A stretch of DNA of 64,000 nt from Alkalispirochaeta sp. (GCA_965601925.1 OZ271854.1:1184001-1248000), one strand, 5' to 3'. Shown: positions 1-10,065, counted from the first letter of the stretch. Program-made: numbers and translations. The notes: generated from the letters alone by a model not told the origin.

Positions 1-603
1 CTCTACGCCGGGACTGCGCGAGACCAGCTCGAAGGGGCCCGTTCCGTTCGCGTTGCGTGTAGCATGATTCTGCTGTTGGCTCGCAGGCATTACCGCGCCG
101 TTCTCCACCGACCACGAGCGACTCATAATCATGAAGTTGGCGATCGAGTCCGGAAACAACGGATTCGGCGCGGTGGTGATGAAGTCGATGGTATACTCGT
201 CAACCACGCGCACTCGCTCCACCGGTGCAAACCACGACGTGACGTCGGAGGTCTCGGAAATGCCGCGCTCATAGCTAAAGAGAACGTCGGCGGCGGTGAA
301 CGATTCTCCACCGTGGAATACAACTCCCTCGCGCAGATAAAAACGCCATCCGGTCTCATCGCGAAGGGGCTCCCAGCGCACGGCAAGGGAGGGCTCGATA
401 TCCATGGTCGCGTTACGACGTACGAGCCCTTCGTAGATATTGTTGAGAAACGAGGTGGTCGGCGCCGCGTTCACCGCGTGGGGATCCATCGTCTGCGGAT
501 CGCTGGTGGTCGCCCACCGAAAGGTCTCCGCCTCCGCCGTCCGAACGGCGAAAAGCGCAATTACCGTGACAAGAAAAACTCTGCCGATTCGTACGTGTGC
601 CAT
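1..603 (-). CDS. Peptide/nickel ABC transporter substrate-binding protein (family 5), 3'-truncated by the window edge
   Basis: Not in the ORF track. Read manually from ATG at 603: MAHVRIGRVFLVTVIALFAVRTAEAETFRWATTSDPQTMDPHAVNAAPTTSFLNNIYEGLVRRN, a signal peptide plus the DP..LDP...IYEGLV pattern of DppA/OppA-like proteins. Confidence 0.85.
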   Translation of the reverse strand, partial: MAHVRIGRVFLVTVIALFAVRTAEAETFRWATTSDPQTMDPHAVNAAPTTSFLNNIYEGLVRRNATMDIEPSLAVRWEPLRDETGWRFYLREGVVFHGGESFTAADVLFSYERGISETSDVTSWFAPVERVRVVDEYTIDFITTAPNPLFPDSIANFMIMSRSWSVENGAVMPASQQQNHATRNANGTGPFELVSRSPGVE

Positions 604-911
604 CTGTCTAAGTACGTATACGGGATGGTAGAAGTCAAGCCGGAACCGTCCACCCCCCGCGTCATATCGCCGATAGAACTCGAACATACGACGTGCAGTC
701 GATCGGGCGGCGACGCTCGGTGCTGGTGTAGTGGTGGGCACACGCGGTACGATGCGGACGTGCATCGATACCGGAGAGACCGGAGCGCCGCAACACACCG
801 TAACGGCATCCTTGACCAACCCTCCGCAGGGACGGCGTGCTGCGACCCGGCGGTGCGCGATGACCATGCCGTCGCATACCGCCGGCGGATCAAGGGGAGA
901 AAGGTTTCAGT

Positions 912-1712
912 ATGAGTGCATCCGAGATACACGGCGCCACGGACGCCGGACGTACGGCGGGTACGAGTCGGCCGCGCATCGGCATGACGATGTTCAGCGG
1001 TCGCGAAGGTCACAAGTTCTACACCAAAGTGCAGTACAACTACGTCCAGTCCATCCACGACGCCGGGGGCGTACCGCTGTTGATCCCGACACTCACCGAT
1101 GTGGACCGGAGCGTGGAGTTCGCCGCAACGATCGACGCGCTCATGCTCACCGGCGGTGAGGACATGAGCCCGCTCACCTTCGGGACGGAGCCGCGGGTAG
1201 AGCTGGGCCTTACCAACTTGGAGCGCGACCGCTGGGAGCTTGCGATCCTTGCGGCGTGTGAGGATCGCGGTGTGCCGATTCTGGGCGTGTGTCGCGGCCT
1301 ACAAGTCATGAACGTGCACCGCGGTGGGACGCTGTATCAGGATATTCACGCCGAGACGGGAAGCTCACTGGGCCACGGGCCCTTTCAGAACCCCATGGAA
1401 AGCCTCCACCACACGATCCGGATCGAACCGGGATCACGCCTCGAGGCGATCTTCGAGAAGTCCGAGCTCGTCGTAAACAGCTTCCACCATCAGGCGGTGC
1501 GAGAGATCGGCCGAGACTTGGTGGTAACCGCGCGCTCAGCCGACGACGTGATTGAGGGCGTTGAGGATCCAACACGGGAGTTCTACCTCGGCGTACAGTT
1601 TCACGCCGAGGCGTTGCCGCCCATCGACTCGTACTATCTACGCCTCTTCTCCGCGCTGGTCGAAGCGGCTGCCGCTTACTCCGCGCCCAGAGACCGACAC
1701 GCAGCGCGATAG
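912..1712 (+). CDS. Gamma-glutamyl-gamma-aminobutyrate hydrolase family protein (peptidase C26, class I glutamine amidotransferase fold)
   Basis: LTGGED, RDRWE, GVCRGLQVMNV (catalytic Cys), VNSFHHQAV, GVQFHAE (His-x-Glu). Confidence 0.9.
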   Translation: MSASEIHGATDAGRTAGTSRPRIGMTMFSGREGHKFYTKVQYNYVQSIHDAGGVPLLIPTLTDVDRSVEFAATIDALMLTGGEDMSPLTFGTEPRVELGLTNLERDRWELAILAACEDRGVPILGVCRGLQVMNVHRGGTLYQDIHAETGSSLGHGPFQNPMESLHHTIRIEPGSRLEAIFEKSELVVNSFHHQAVREIGRDLVVTARSADDVIEGVEDPTREFYLGVQFHAEALPPIDSYYLRLFSALVEAAAAYSAPRDRHAAR

Positions 1713-1773
1713 CGCGCAGCTTGCAGGCGCACGTGGCGTGCCGGTACACTCGGTGCAAGAAAGAGAGGCTACG

Positions 1774-2211
1774 ATGGACAACGCACTCGGAGCGCGCGGT
1801 TTTCACCACATTGCGCTGGCGGTCTCCGACTTCGATGCCAGTGTGAAATTCTATCGCGACGGGTTGGGATTCCCGATCTTTCGCGCCTGGGGTGCACCGG
1901 GAAATCGGGCCGCGATGCTCGCAGTCGGTGAAGTGCCCACCGAATCCGGGGAGTCTCACGGCCGTAGCGACGGCGGATACGTAGAGCTCTTTGAGCGACC
2001 GGACCACCGTGGCGAGGAGGGGCGATTAATCCACCTGGCGCTGCGCGTCGCCGACTGTCGCGCCGCACACGCCGCGGCTCTGGAAGCCGGGGCTCGGGAA
2101 AAAAGAGCACCGAGTGACGTCGAAATTCCGTCGGACCCGGTGTATCCGGTCACGATCTCCTTTGTAATCGGGCCCGACGGCGAAGAGATTGAACTCTTCC
2201 AGGAACGCTAA
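1774..2211 (+). CDS. VOC (glyoxalase/bleomycin resistance) family protein
   Basis: FHHIALAVSDFDASVKFYRDGLG, YVELF, HLALRV, GPDGEEIELF; ATG at 1774 follows GAGAGG. Confidence 0.88.
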   Translation: MDNALGARGFHHIALAVSDFDASVKFYRDGLGFPIFRAWGAPGNRAAMLAVGEVPTESGESHGRSDGGYVELFERPDHRGEEGRLIHLALRVADCRAAHAAALEAGAREKRAPSDVEIPSDPVYPVTISFVIGPDGEEIELFQER

Positions 2212-2321
2212 CACGCGCAAGCCGCCCCGCAACCTCCGGGACCGCATGCGAACCCATATCCTCGATAAGACGACCGGATCGAGGTCTCGTCGCCCATCAG
2301 TTTATACGGACACTCTATCTT

Positions 2322-2846
2322 TTACATATAGCCGAGATCGGCAAGCCACTTGCTCGCGGTCTTCGGTACTACTTTTTTGGGATTCTCCCGCAGACGACGC
2401 AGATGCGGTTCGAGCCAGACGCGCAGATCGTCGTCGTCCCTCGCCCAGGTACCAAGGCAGTCCATGCTGTTTTTGAGCACGATCCAATCGCGTTCCGTCT
2501 CGAGATAGGCCTTCACGACCCCTTTCGCCGCGTCTAACTGTTCGGCGCTCATGGAGTCTGTGGTGTACAAAAAGAGGTATGCGAGGGTCCACTTCGTCGA
2601 GGCCTGATTAATAGTCGAGATTTCGGACAGAAAGCGGTCCAAGTAGGGCAGAAACCAATCGAGGTGCTGTTGAGTGATTCGTTTCCATGCACTCGAGGTT
2701 CGTAGGCGGACCACCTCATCGTCCGAGAAGTAGCACCGATAGAGTTCTTCGAGCTTGGACCTATCCGCCAAAATCTCCTCTACCACGTCCAGAGTTCCGC
2801 CGAGTGAATTGGGGTGGCCGCCGGTGAGTTTTTCTTCGAACGTCAT
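2322..2846 (-). CDS. Conserved hypothetical helical-repeat (HEAT/ARM-like) protein
   Basis: MTFEEKLTGGHPNSLG...DEVVRLRTSSAWKRI...DWIVLKNSM; GGAGG RBS before ATG at 2846. Confidence 0.65.
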   Translation of the reverse strand: MTFEEKLTGGHPNSLGGTLDVVEEILADRSKLEELYRCYFSDDEVVRLRTSSAWKRITQQHLDWFLPYLDRFLSEISTINQASTKWTLAYLFLYTTDSMSAEQLDAAKGVVKAYLETERDWIVLKNSMDCLGTWARDDDDLRVWLEPHLRRLRENPKKVVPKTASKWLADLGYM

Positions 2847-3294
2847 AGCGCCTCCGCAAATATGATATTGCAATAGTATTGATGTTTTTCGTGTCGACGC
2901 CACCGTAGGGTCGATGTCGACCATCGATACGCGATATCGTACACGAGAGGCGTGCCGACACCGCGGTCAGATCCCGCCGAACGTGGCGAACCGCCAGCAA
3001 AGGCGAAGTGCCGCAGCATCGAGGAACAGACGCCGCTCCTCCGGTTTTGTGGTTCCTCCGCCTCTCATCGATTTCCGGCCCGATCAGCGGCAGTCAATGC
3101 CGATCGAACGATCGTCAGCGCTTTTTCGGACGTTGAGGGTAAGTGGCGCTACTGGGAGATGTCCGGCTTCAAATCCATTCGTTGTGGAGGCCGGGCGCAT
3201 CCGCTCGACCGGCAAACAAAGCGCGGAAACGGGTACCATCATCGCACTGTGCGGCCGTACATACGGTCCATCAAAGCTGAGGAGTAGATGTAGT

Positions 3295-3693
3295 ATGGCG
3301 GGAATCTCAGATATCAAAGAGCTTCTGAAGTCGATATCACCGACGATGTGTGAGGGTGAGTACGTGTTCTGCTCGGTACCGGGTGAGTACAGCGATTACG
3401 CCCATCTGAAACCCCGCGCGTCTTTCGTAGAACCTGAAGGTATGACTCTGATCGTAACGGTTGAAGCGGCGAATGAATCTCGGCTGATCTATGAGGGTGT
3501 ATACAAACAGATTACCTTGACCGTTCATTCAAGCCTGGATGCCGTCGGCCTTACCGCAGCGGTTTCGACGAAGTTGGCTTCTTACGGCATAAGCGCCAAC
3601 GTTGTGGCGGCCTACTATCACGATCATGTATTCGTACAGAAGGAGAAGGCGAGCCGAGCTCTTGCGGCCTTGCGTGAACTCGAGGACGAGTGA
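3295..3693 (+). CDS. ACT-domain protein (DUF2241-like)
   Basis: MAGISDIKELLKSISP...EYVFC...EPEGMTLI...ITLTVHSSLDAVGLTAAVS...ISANVVAAYYHDHVFV; GAGGAG RBS. Confidence 0.88.
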   Translation: MAGISDIKELLKSISPTMCEGEYVFCSVPGEYSDYAHLKPRASFVEPEGMTLIVTVEAANESRLIYEGVYKQITLTVHSSLDAVGLTAAVSTKLASYGISANVVAAYYHDHVFVQKEKASRALAALRELEDE

Positions 3694-3821
3694 GTCTTGC
3701 AAACTTGTGCGTGTCAATTATCAGCACCGGTTACTCACGTGCTTACCGACGACCGCTACGACCGCCTGCCGGTCTCGAGGGAGACGCGGTCTACTCGGAA
3801 CGACGCCGTTGCGTTTCATGC

Positions 3822-4064
3822 TCACAGGGGGACCGACTCGATCCATCGTAACCACGGTCGTTGCGACTCTATTATATGTTCCGATTCGGGCTTTGTACTC
3901 CAAAAGACCCGAAAATCGTGACCGTCGGTATGTACGTCCCAGGGTTCTCCCGCGGCCTCGGTGTCCGAGACCAGCTCAAAAAAGAACCGCTCCTGTGTGC
4001 GTCCGAGCGCGACGGACTCGACCCAACCGCGAATCTCATAGGTCACGCACTCCGCGTTCCGCAC
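3822..4064 (-). pseudogene. Possible C-terminal remnant of a NUDIX-like protein
   Basis: QERFFFEL...WDVHTDGHDFRVFW resembles the C-terminal half of small NUDIX proteins; no NUDIX box and no good start. Confidence 0.3.
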
Positions 4065-4090
4065 AGGTTTGTGTTCGACGGGCGACCCGT

Positions 4091-4966
4091 CTACCCCGTC
4101 GGCCTCTCGATATACAGCTCATTGTCGAAGGTCGGGTCGATCAGCACATCCTTCCGTATCTCGTTCTTCTCCGAGTCTCGCCATGCACCCGGGGACATAC
4201 CGGTAACTTTTTTGAACGTTCGACCGAAGTGGTGGATCGACTTGAACCCGACCTCGAAAGCGATCTCCTTGAGCTCGCGATCCGACGAGACGATGCGTTC
4301 TTTGGCCTTCTCGATCCGAACGGCGTGTACCAACTGCAACGGCGTCACACCGAAGTCGGCGACGGCACATCGCGTCACGTAGCGATAGGAGAAGCCGAGG
4401 GCCGCAGCGATATCGGTGCCTCCGACGGTCGTATCGTAGTGGGAGTGTATATATGCCAACAGCGCACGACCCACGGAGGTGGTCGCAACGCGTTCCGAGA
4501 CGCCGGTTCGGCACGCCAGTTTGTCGTGTTGTCGGGAGAGCAGCTGCATCAGAATCTGCGAAAAAAGGAGCTGGCACCGCTCTTGGTAGAAGCTGCGCTT
4601 CTCGACACCGATGGTTCGCATCTCCTCCAATGCGTGCTTGATGTTGTCGGCGGGGTCGATCGGTATGATGCGGGGGAGCGTTTTGAGGAGTCGCGTCAAC
4701 TCGACGTTGTGCACGTTGAACTTCACGTCCAGGGTCTTGAGAAACGTCTCGATCTCCAGACCGTGTTCGATCATCGGGGGGAGGAAGAGGATCTCGGGGC
4801 ACCGTATCGTCAGCGTCTTACCATCGAGGTGGATTGTGCCGTCGCCGTCAAAGAGATACATCATCTGAGAGAAGTCGTGGTGATGCTCTTTCAGCTTCCA
4901 GTCTTTTTCGTAATAGAACCTACTCATCCAGAGGACTTCGATGTCTTGTCTGAACAGCGACTTCAC
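4091..4966 (-). CDS. AraC family transcriptional regulator (cupin + HTH)
   Basis: HHHDFSQMMY...PPMIEH cupin; C-terminal RIEKAKERI...LKEIAFEVGFKSIHHFGRTFKKVTGMSPGAWR; GTG start after GGGGAG. Confidence 0.93.
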   Translation of the reverse strand: MKSLFRQDIEVLWMSRFYYEKDWKLKEHHHDFSQMMYLFDGDGTIHLDGKTLTIRCPEILFLPPMIEHGLEIETFLKTLDVKFNVHNVELTRLLKTLPRIIPIDPADNIKHALEEMRTIGVEKRSFYQERCQLLFSQILMQLLSRQHDKLACRTGVSERVATTSVGRALLAYIHSHYDTTVGGTDIAAALGFSYRYVTRCAVADFGVTPLQLVHAVRIEKAKERIVSSDRELKEIAFEVGFKSIHHFGRTFKKVTGMSPGAWRDSEKNEIRKDVLIDPTFDNELYIERPTG

Positions 4967-5006
4967 ACGCGCTCCCCGAGTCGACTCTCGATCACAATGT
5001 CGGACG

Positions 5007-6833
5007 CTACCCGCCGACGGCCTCGGACACCTCGCTACTCCGTCCCCAATAGTCGACGGCGCGGACCGCAAACTCTCCCCGCGTGCCCCGCGGCCGCGTA
5101 TGAAGCCACGCAGTACACACCGTATCGACCGTATTGACGCGCTGAAACTGCTCGGCGGCGCTTCGCCTATAGAGTACCTCGTAGGTACGAATAACGCGAG
5201 AGTTCACGCCGGTCCACCGCACCAACACGTCTTCCCACGCGTCATCCAACCCGTCGTACACCGCGATCCTCGGCGCCTCGACACGCGGGGGTCCATCGTC
5301 GGGACGGCGGCTCAGCACCACCAGCCGCACCGAGGGCAGCGGAAGCGTTAGGTCAAAGGATAGCGTGCCGCGTTCTATCGATACGTCGACCGGATCTGCA
5401 GCGGCGGTGAGTTCCGCCGCGTTACGCATCCTCTCCAGCACCTCCACGCTCGGTTCCTTGGAGTGACCCGTTTCGACCCAGGCCGAGAACGGATCGGTGT
5501 ACCCCTCCTCGATCCGGTACTCGATGAGGGCGGCGCGGTCGAAAGGAAGGCCGGACACCTCGCAATGCATCGTCACCTCACCGGACGATCTGATGCGGTC
5601 TCGGGAGTGATAAACCAGTACGGCGACCTGATCGTCCCCGCGCCGGGTCGCCAGTACGCCGACGTCGGATCCCAAGCGCGGCGGCAGTCCGGAGACGAGG
5701 CATCGCTCGTCTCCCAGCAGGGAGAGTTGCGCCATGAGAGTGAGCACCGGCTTCTTGACCAGGGCGAACCGGCGCCGTTCGGTGCGTTCCGCGAGGTCGG
5801 ACTCCTTCGTCTTGTGCTCCGACTGGGCGCGTGGATCACTTTGGAGCCCGAACCGCGCGGTCAACGTACGCTGCCCCCACGTCCCTACGAACCCGTTGTC
5901 ATTACTCAACAAACAGTAATCGATACCCGCTTCAATAAACGCCTCGTGGTGTTGGAGGATCGTCTTGGCCGCAATGGCGGCGTGGTAGGCGGTGCCGCGC
6001 CACGTGTGGAGATCCCACCATCCGACTTGGGGATCGCATTCGTTGTTCATCACCGGCACATCGGCGAGGCGCGGATGGTTGGTGCGGATGTACTCGATAA
6101 TGGCGCGTTCGCTCTCAATAATCCGCACGCTGTCGGGATCGATATCCTCGGGACACGAGGGTGCGCCCTTTTCGTGGAAGGAGATGAAGTCGATGCGCGT
6201 GCCCACCTCGCCGGTAACGGCATTGGTGCCGCGGTCGCAGTGCGCGAGGAGCGTCTTAAGCGTCGACGAAAGGCCGCGACACGTCCCGGGACCGCCGAAT
6301 CGCAGACCCGGATCCGCTTCCTTCAACCCCTCGGAGCAGGCGTCATAGTAAATACAGAACGCCTCCTCGCCCTGACTCCACCACGCACCGTCCGGCTCGT
6401 TCCACGTCTCAAAGTACCACTCCCGCACGCACGCCGTGCCGTAGCGGTCGGCGTAGCGGTGCGCCAAATCGCGTACCAAACGACGCCACGCAACGGCCTG
6501 AAGCGAGTCTGCAAAGTCGGTAAAGAAGCCTTCCGGATTTCCCATGAGCTCGAAAAAGGGCAGAAGGTCGTTCTCGATGAGGGTATCCAGACACCGATCG
6601 AGGACCGACCAGTCGTAGACCGGCTCGTCGGAGCCCAACCCCTCGGCGCGCAGCAAGTCCAATAGATAATGAATTCTGACGTAGCGAACTCCGCCGTGAG
6701 GAATGGAGCCGGCGTACGCCATCTGCTGGCGCATGTCGGCGTTCAACAGGAGACTCGCCGGCGAGAGCCCGGTGCTGCACCAGAAGTGGCTGAAGGGAGC
6801 GCGATCGGCGTCGAGGTCGATGTGAACGTTCAT
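5007..6833 (-). CDS. GH39 glycoside hydrolase, alpha-L-iduronidase-like, no signal peptide
   Basis: FWCSTG, VRIHYLL, PFFELMGNP, WYFETWNEPD, FHEKG, NNECDPQVGW, LLSNDNGF, QRTLTARF, KKPVL, C-terminal FN3-like domain; GGAGG RBS before ATG at 6833. Confidence 0.88.
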   Translation of the reverse strand: MNVHIDLDADRAPFSHFWCSTGLSPASLLLNADMRQQMAYAGSIPHGGVRYVRIHYLLDLLRAEGLGSDEPVYDWSVLDRCLDTLIENDLLPFFELMGNPEGFFTDFADSLQAVAWRRLVRDLAHRYADRYGTACVREWYFETWNEPDGAWWSQGEEAFCIYYDACSEGLKEADPGLRFGGPGTCRGLSSTLKTLLAHCDRGTNAVTGEVGTRIDFISFHEKGAPSCPEDIDPDSVRIIESERAIIEYIRTNHPRLADVPVMNNECDPQVGWWDLHTWRGTAYHAAIAAKTILQHHEAFIEAGIDYCLLSNDNGFVGTWGQRTLTARFGLQSDPRAQSEHKTKESDLAERTERRRFALVKKPVLTLMAQLSLLGDERCLVSGLPPRLGSDVGVLATRRGDDQVAVLVYHSRDRIRSSGEVTMHCEVSGLPFDRAALIEYRIEEGYTDPFSAWVETGHSKEPSVEVLERMRNAAELTAAADPVDVSIERGTLSFDLTLPLPSVRLVVLSRRPDDGPPRVEAPRIAVYDGLDDAWEDVLVRWTGVNSRVIRTYEVLYRRSAAEQFQRVNTVDTVCTAWLHTRPRGTRGEFAVRAVDYWGRSSEVSEAVGG

Positions 6834-6864
6834 GGAGTCCTCCGTGTTGTGCATCGTGTCGCCG

Positions 6865-7740
6865 CTACTTGAGACCGGTGCGCATGATGCTGCCGACGAT
6901 GGTCTTACGCGCCACGGTAAAGAGTATCAGGGTCGGTATCAGACTCAAGACCACCGCAGCGGTCAGATCGTTCCATATCTGAAAGAGGTCGCTGGTAAAC
7001 TGCGTCAGTCCGACGGTCACCGTCTTTTTCGTCTCCGAGTTGATAACCAAGAGGGGCCAAAAGAAGCTGTTCCACGACTGGGTAAACTTGATGACCATAA
7101 AGGTCGCGAGCGCCCCTTTGCACATCGGTACCATGATGTGGAGAAAGATCGCCGGCTCCTTCATGCCGTCGACGCGCGCCGCCTCGAGATAATCATTGGG
7201 AATGACGGCGAAGCTCTCGGTCATGAGGAAAATGCCGAACGCCGAGATCGCCCCGGGAAGCATGATCGCGATATAGGTGTCGATCAGCCCCCACCGGGCG
7301 ACGACGCGGTACAGCGGTATGGCGATCATCTCCATGGGAATCATGAGGAGCATCAGGAGCATGTAGTAAAAGACCCGCTTCCCCGGAAAGGAGAAGCGCG
7401 AAAAGCCGTGGGCCGCCATCGTCGACATGATGAGCGCCGGGACCATAATACCGACGGTAGTAACGACGGAGTTGAATATATAGACCAAAAACGAGACGCC
7501 GTTGAGCTGCGGAGAGTCGCCGGTTATCACCGAGCGATAGCTGGCACCATCGAGGCGGTCCGGGATGATACGCGTCCAGATCGTGCGATTCGGAATGTCG
7601 AAGATCTCCTGCATCGTCTTGAAAGAGGTAAGAATCATCATCGCGAAGGGCAAAAGGATGAAGAGCACCATCGCGGCGATCACAAGGACGGCGAGCGCCG
7701 TCCCGGCGTTGTTTGATATGCGTCGTTGTAACGTCGTCAC
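6865..7740 (-). CDS. Carbohydrate ABC transporter permease (MalG-like)
   Basis: EAARVDG EAA loop, SWNSFFWPL, hydrophobic segments. Confidence 0.93.
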   Translation of the reverse strand: MTTLQRRISNNAGTALAVLVIAAMVLFILLPFAMMILTSFKTMQEIFDIPNRTIWTRIIPDRLDGASYRSVITGDSPQLNGVSFLVYIFNSVVTTVGIMVPALIMSTMAAHGFSRFSFPGKRVFYYMLLMLLMIPMEMIAIPLYRVVARWGLIDTYIAIMLPGAISAFGIFLMTESFAVIPNDYLEAARVDGMKEPAIFLHIMVPMCKGALATFMVIKFTQSWNSFFWPLLVINSETKKTVTVGLTQFTSDLFQIWNDLTAAVVLSLIPTLILFTVARKTIVGSIMRTGLK

Positions 7741-7750
7741 GGCTCACTCG

Positions 7751-8629
7751 TTAGTATTGCACCGACCGTCGAAACAGCCGCTGTACGATGCTGACGGACA
7801 GGAGAAAGACGATAACCATCACGCTGATCGCCGCAGCCCTGCCGTAATCGAAGGGAAAGACGTCCTGTACCAGATAGATCATGATCGATTTGGTCGCGCC
7901 CCCCGGCCCCCCTTCGGTGGTGGAGATGATCTCTCCGAAGACGCGAAAGGAGTTGATGATATCCAAGGTGATAATGAGAAGGATCGTCGGGTTGATGAGG
8001 GGCACCGTGATCGCAAAGAATTGTCGAACCGCCCCGGCGCCGTCGATTACCGACGCCTCGAAGATCTCCTGGGAGATGCTGCGCATGCTCCCCAAGAGGA
8101 TGATCACATTGAACCCGATGCGCAGCCAAATCCCGACGATCACCACCGAGAAGAGCGCCGTATCGATCCCGCGAAACCATTGGATGTTGCTCCCCGTGAC
8201 GCTGTTTACCACCCCCAAAAAGGGGTCGAGGATCCAGTTCCAGATCATTCCCGCGGTGACTCGCGCCGAAATGAAGGGCAGGATCAGCAGCACGATGACG
8301 AAGCCGGCAACGCGCGCCGGCAACTTGGAGATCAACACCGCGAGAAGCAGCGAGATGACGAGCACCGACGGCACGTACATGGCGACGTAGCGAACGGTGA
8401 CCAACACGCTTGAGTGAAAGTCGGTGTTGGCGAGGACGGTTCGGTATTTATCGAGTCCGACAAACGTGAAGCGCCCGGCCAACAAGTTGATATCGTGAAA
8501 GGAGCTGTAGGCCGAGCTCACCAACGGGTAGAAGAATACCGCGAGGTAATACGCGAAGGCGGGCAGGATGAAGAGGTATCCCCAGTAGGCGTATTTCCGT
8601 TTTATCGTCGTCATTGCGTCACCCGCCAT
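7751..8629 (-). CDS. Carbohydrate ABC transporter permease (MalF-like)
   Basis: EASVIDGAG...ITVPLINP, TEGGPGGAT; alternative start at 8614. Confidence 0.93.
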   Translation of the reverse strand: MAGDAMTTIKRKYAYWGYLFILPAFAYYLAVFFYPLVSSAYSSFHDINLLAGRFTFVGLDKYRTVLANTDFHSSVLVTVRYVAMYVPSVLVISLLLAVLISKLPARVAGFVIVLLILPFISARVTAGMIWNWILDPFLGVVNSVTGSNIQWFRGIDTALFSVVIVGIWLRIGFNVIILLGSMRSISQEIFEASVIDGAGAVRQFFAITVPLINPTILLIITLDIINSFRVFGEIISTTEGGPGGATKSIMIYLVQDVFPFDYGRAAAISVMVIVFLLSVSIVQRLFRRSVQY

Positions 8630-8654
8630 CCGCCGGTCGCGTACTCAGATCCCT

Positions 8655-9953
8655 CTACGGCAGGTCGGCCAGAAACTGATCGATGCGCCGTTGTGCGTTC
8701 GCTACCGCTTCCTCAGGGGTCTGCTCGCCCAAGACCATGCGAACGAGCTCCTCCGCGGCGATACCTCGCGCCTGCTGCCCCCCCGGTCCGCCGTACTCAG
8801 GCATCGGAGAGGACTGTTGATACACCTGCATAATGTGACCGTACGGCAAAGTACGGAACCACTCGCTGTCTTGAGTCGCCGTCAGAGCGGGCGGACTGTT
8901 GCGCGCCTGGTGGATCTGAATGTCGTACCTCGGATCGGCCAGGGCGACGAACATCGCCATGATCTCATCAACGTACTCCGACTGGCTGTTGACCATGTAA
9001 TTCCAACTGTCGCGGACGACGACATTGGCAAAGTGCCCGGCGGGTCCCGACGGAATCGGCGCAATACCGAAGTTCAGATTGGGCGTATCGGTCTCGAAGA
9101 TCTCGATAAATGAGACCTCGCGGAAGATCATCGATACCAATCCCTGGCGAAAGGCCGTCTCGGGCACGTCGAAGGAAGTGTTGATGACCCGGTGCTCGCG
9201 CGCCAAGTCGTGGATGAATCGGAACGCCTCGAGAGACTCGGGCGAGTTGACGTACCCGTCGGAGGTCGAGTAGTCCGGCGCGAGGATACGCGCTCCGAAC
9301 TGGTCGTAGATCGGCGCGTTCTTTCCCCACGTCGCGGGCATCGATCCGTGGTGACGCATGCCGTATCCCGCGCGGATGATCTCACCGTCGGGACCGTACT
9401 GCGTCAGCGCACGCGCCGCCTCGACAAACTCCTCCAAGGTGGACGGCGGATCGTCGGGATCCAAGCCCGCCTCGATAAAGTGGTCGACGTTGTAAAAGAG
9501 GATCTGCGCCATGGCGCCCTGCCACGGGATGCCGAATCGCTTTCCCTCGATGACCGCCTGCTCTGCGACCCCGGAGCTGAGACGCTCGTCCCAGACGCGC
9601 TGCGCCTCCTCGCTGAAGGGTACGGCGATCGGGTTGAGGCCGTAGTCGAGGGCGTAGTCCCACGCCCGGGCAAAAAAGATATCCGGCCCCTGACCGCTGG
9701 TAAAGGCGCTGATATAGCGCTGATCGACGCGGGAGTACTCGACGATCTCGCCCCGGACGGTAATATGGTCCATCCCTATTTCGGCAAAGGCTTCGGTCGC
9801 GCTGTCGGCAAAGGCCTCGACGTACGCCGGCGCCTCCCCCATATGAGACCAAAAAAGCAGCTCGACGTCCCCCGACTCCTCCGTCTCGCCGGCACCGTAT
9901 ACCGCGGACAGGCACATTATGGACAATAGAAACCGCGCAAGCGTTTTTTTCAT
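8655..9953 (-). CDS. Sugar ABC transporter substrate-binding protein (family 1)
   Basis: MKKTLARF signal peptide after GGAGG; PDIF, FGIP, LFYNVDHFIEAGLD, PPSTLEEF. Confidence 0.9.
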   Translation of the reverse strand: MKKTLARFLLSIMCLSAVYGAGETEESGDVELLFWSHMGEAPAYVEAFADSATEAFAEIGMDHITVRGEIVEYSRVDQRYISAFTSGQGPDIFFARAWDYALDYGLNPIAVPFSEEAQRVWDERLSSGVAEQAVIEGKRFGIPWQGAMAQILFYNVDHFIEAGLDPDDPPSTLEEFVEAARALTQYGPDGEIIRAGYGMRHHGSMPATWGKNAPIYDQFGARILAPDYSTSDGYVNSPESLEAFRFIHDLAREHRVINTSFDVPETAFRQGLVSMIFREVSFIEIFETDTPNLNFGIAPIPSGPAGHFANVVVRDSWNYMVNSQSEYVDEIMAMFVALADPRYDIQIHQARNSPPALTATQDSEWFRTLPYGHIMQVYQQSSPMPEYGGPGGQQARGIAAEELVRMVLGEQTPEEAVANAQRRIDQFLADLP

Positions 9954-10065
9954 ACCCAACCTCCTCTGCGGCGTCCGCCGCAGCTCTACCATGTTCTCCG
10001 ACGGCCGTACCGGCCGTCGCCCGTTACCGTACGTCACGTTCCGCTTGAACCCTCATGCGGGACCG

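Noticed and set aside
715..800. tRNA-like D-arm (TGGTGTAGTGGTGGGCACAC)
   Set aside because: No anticodon stem, no TTC T-loop and no acceptor pairing downstream
64..915. 283-aa + strand ORF
   Set aside because: Antisense shadow of the peptide SBP gene; no recognisable motifs
2952..3287. 111-aa ORF in the 2847-3294 gap
   Set aside because: No RBS or recognisable family; could be a remnant but cannot be supported
3602..5137. 511-aa + strand ORF
   Set aside because: Antisense to the AraC gene; Arg/Pro-rich composition typical of GC-rich shadow frames
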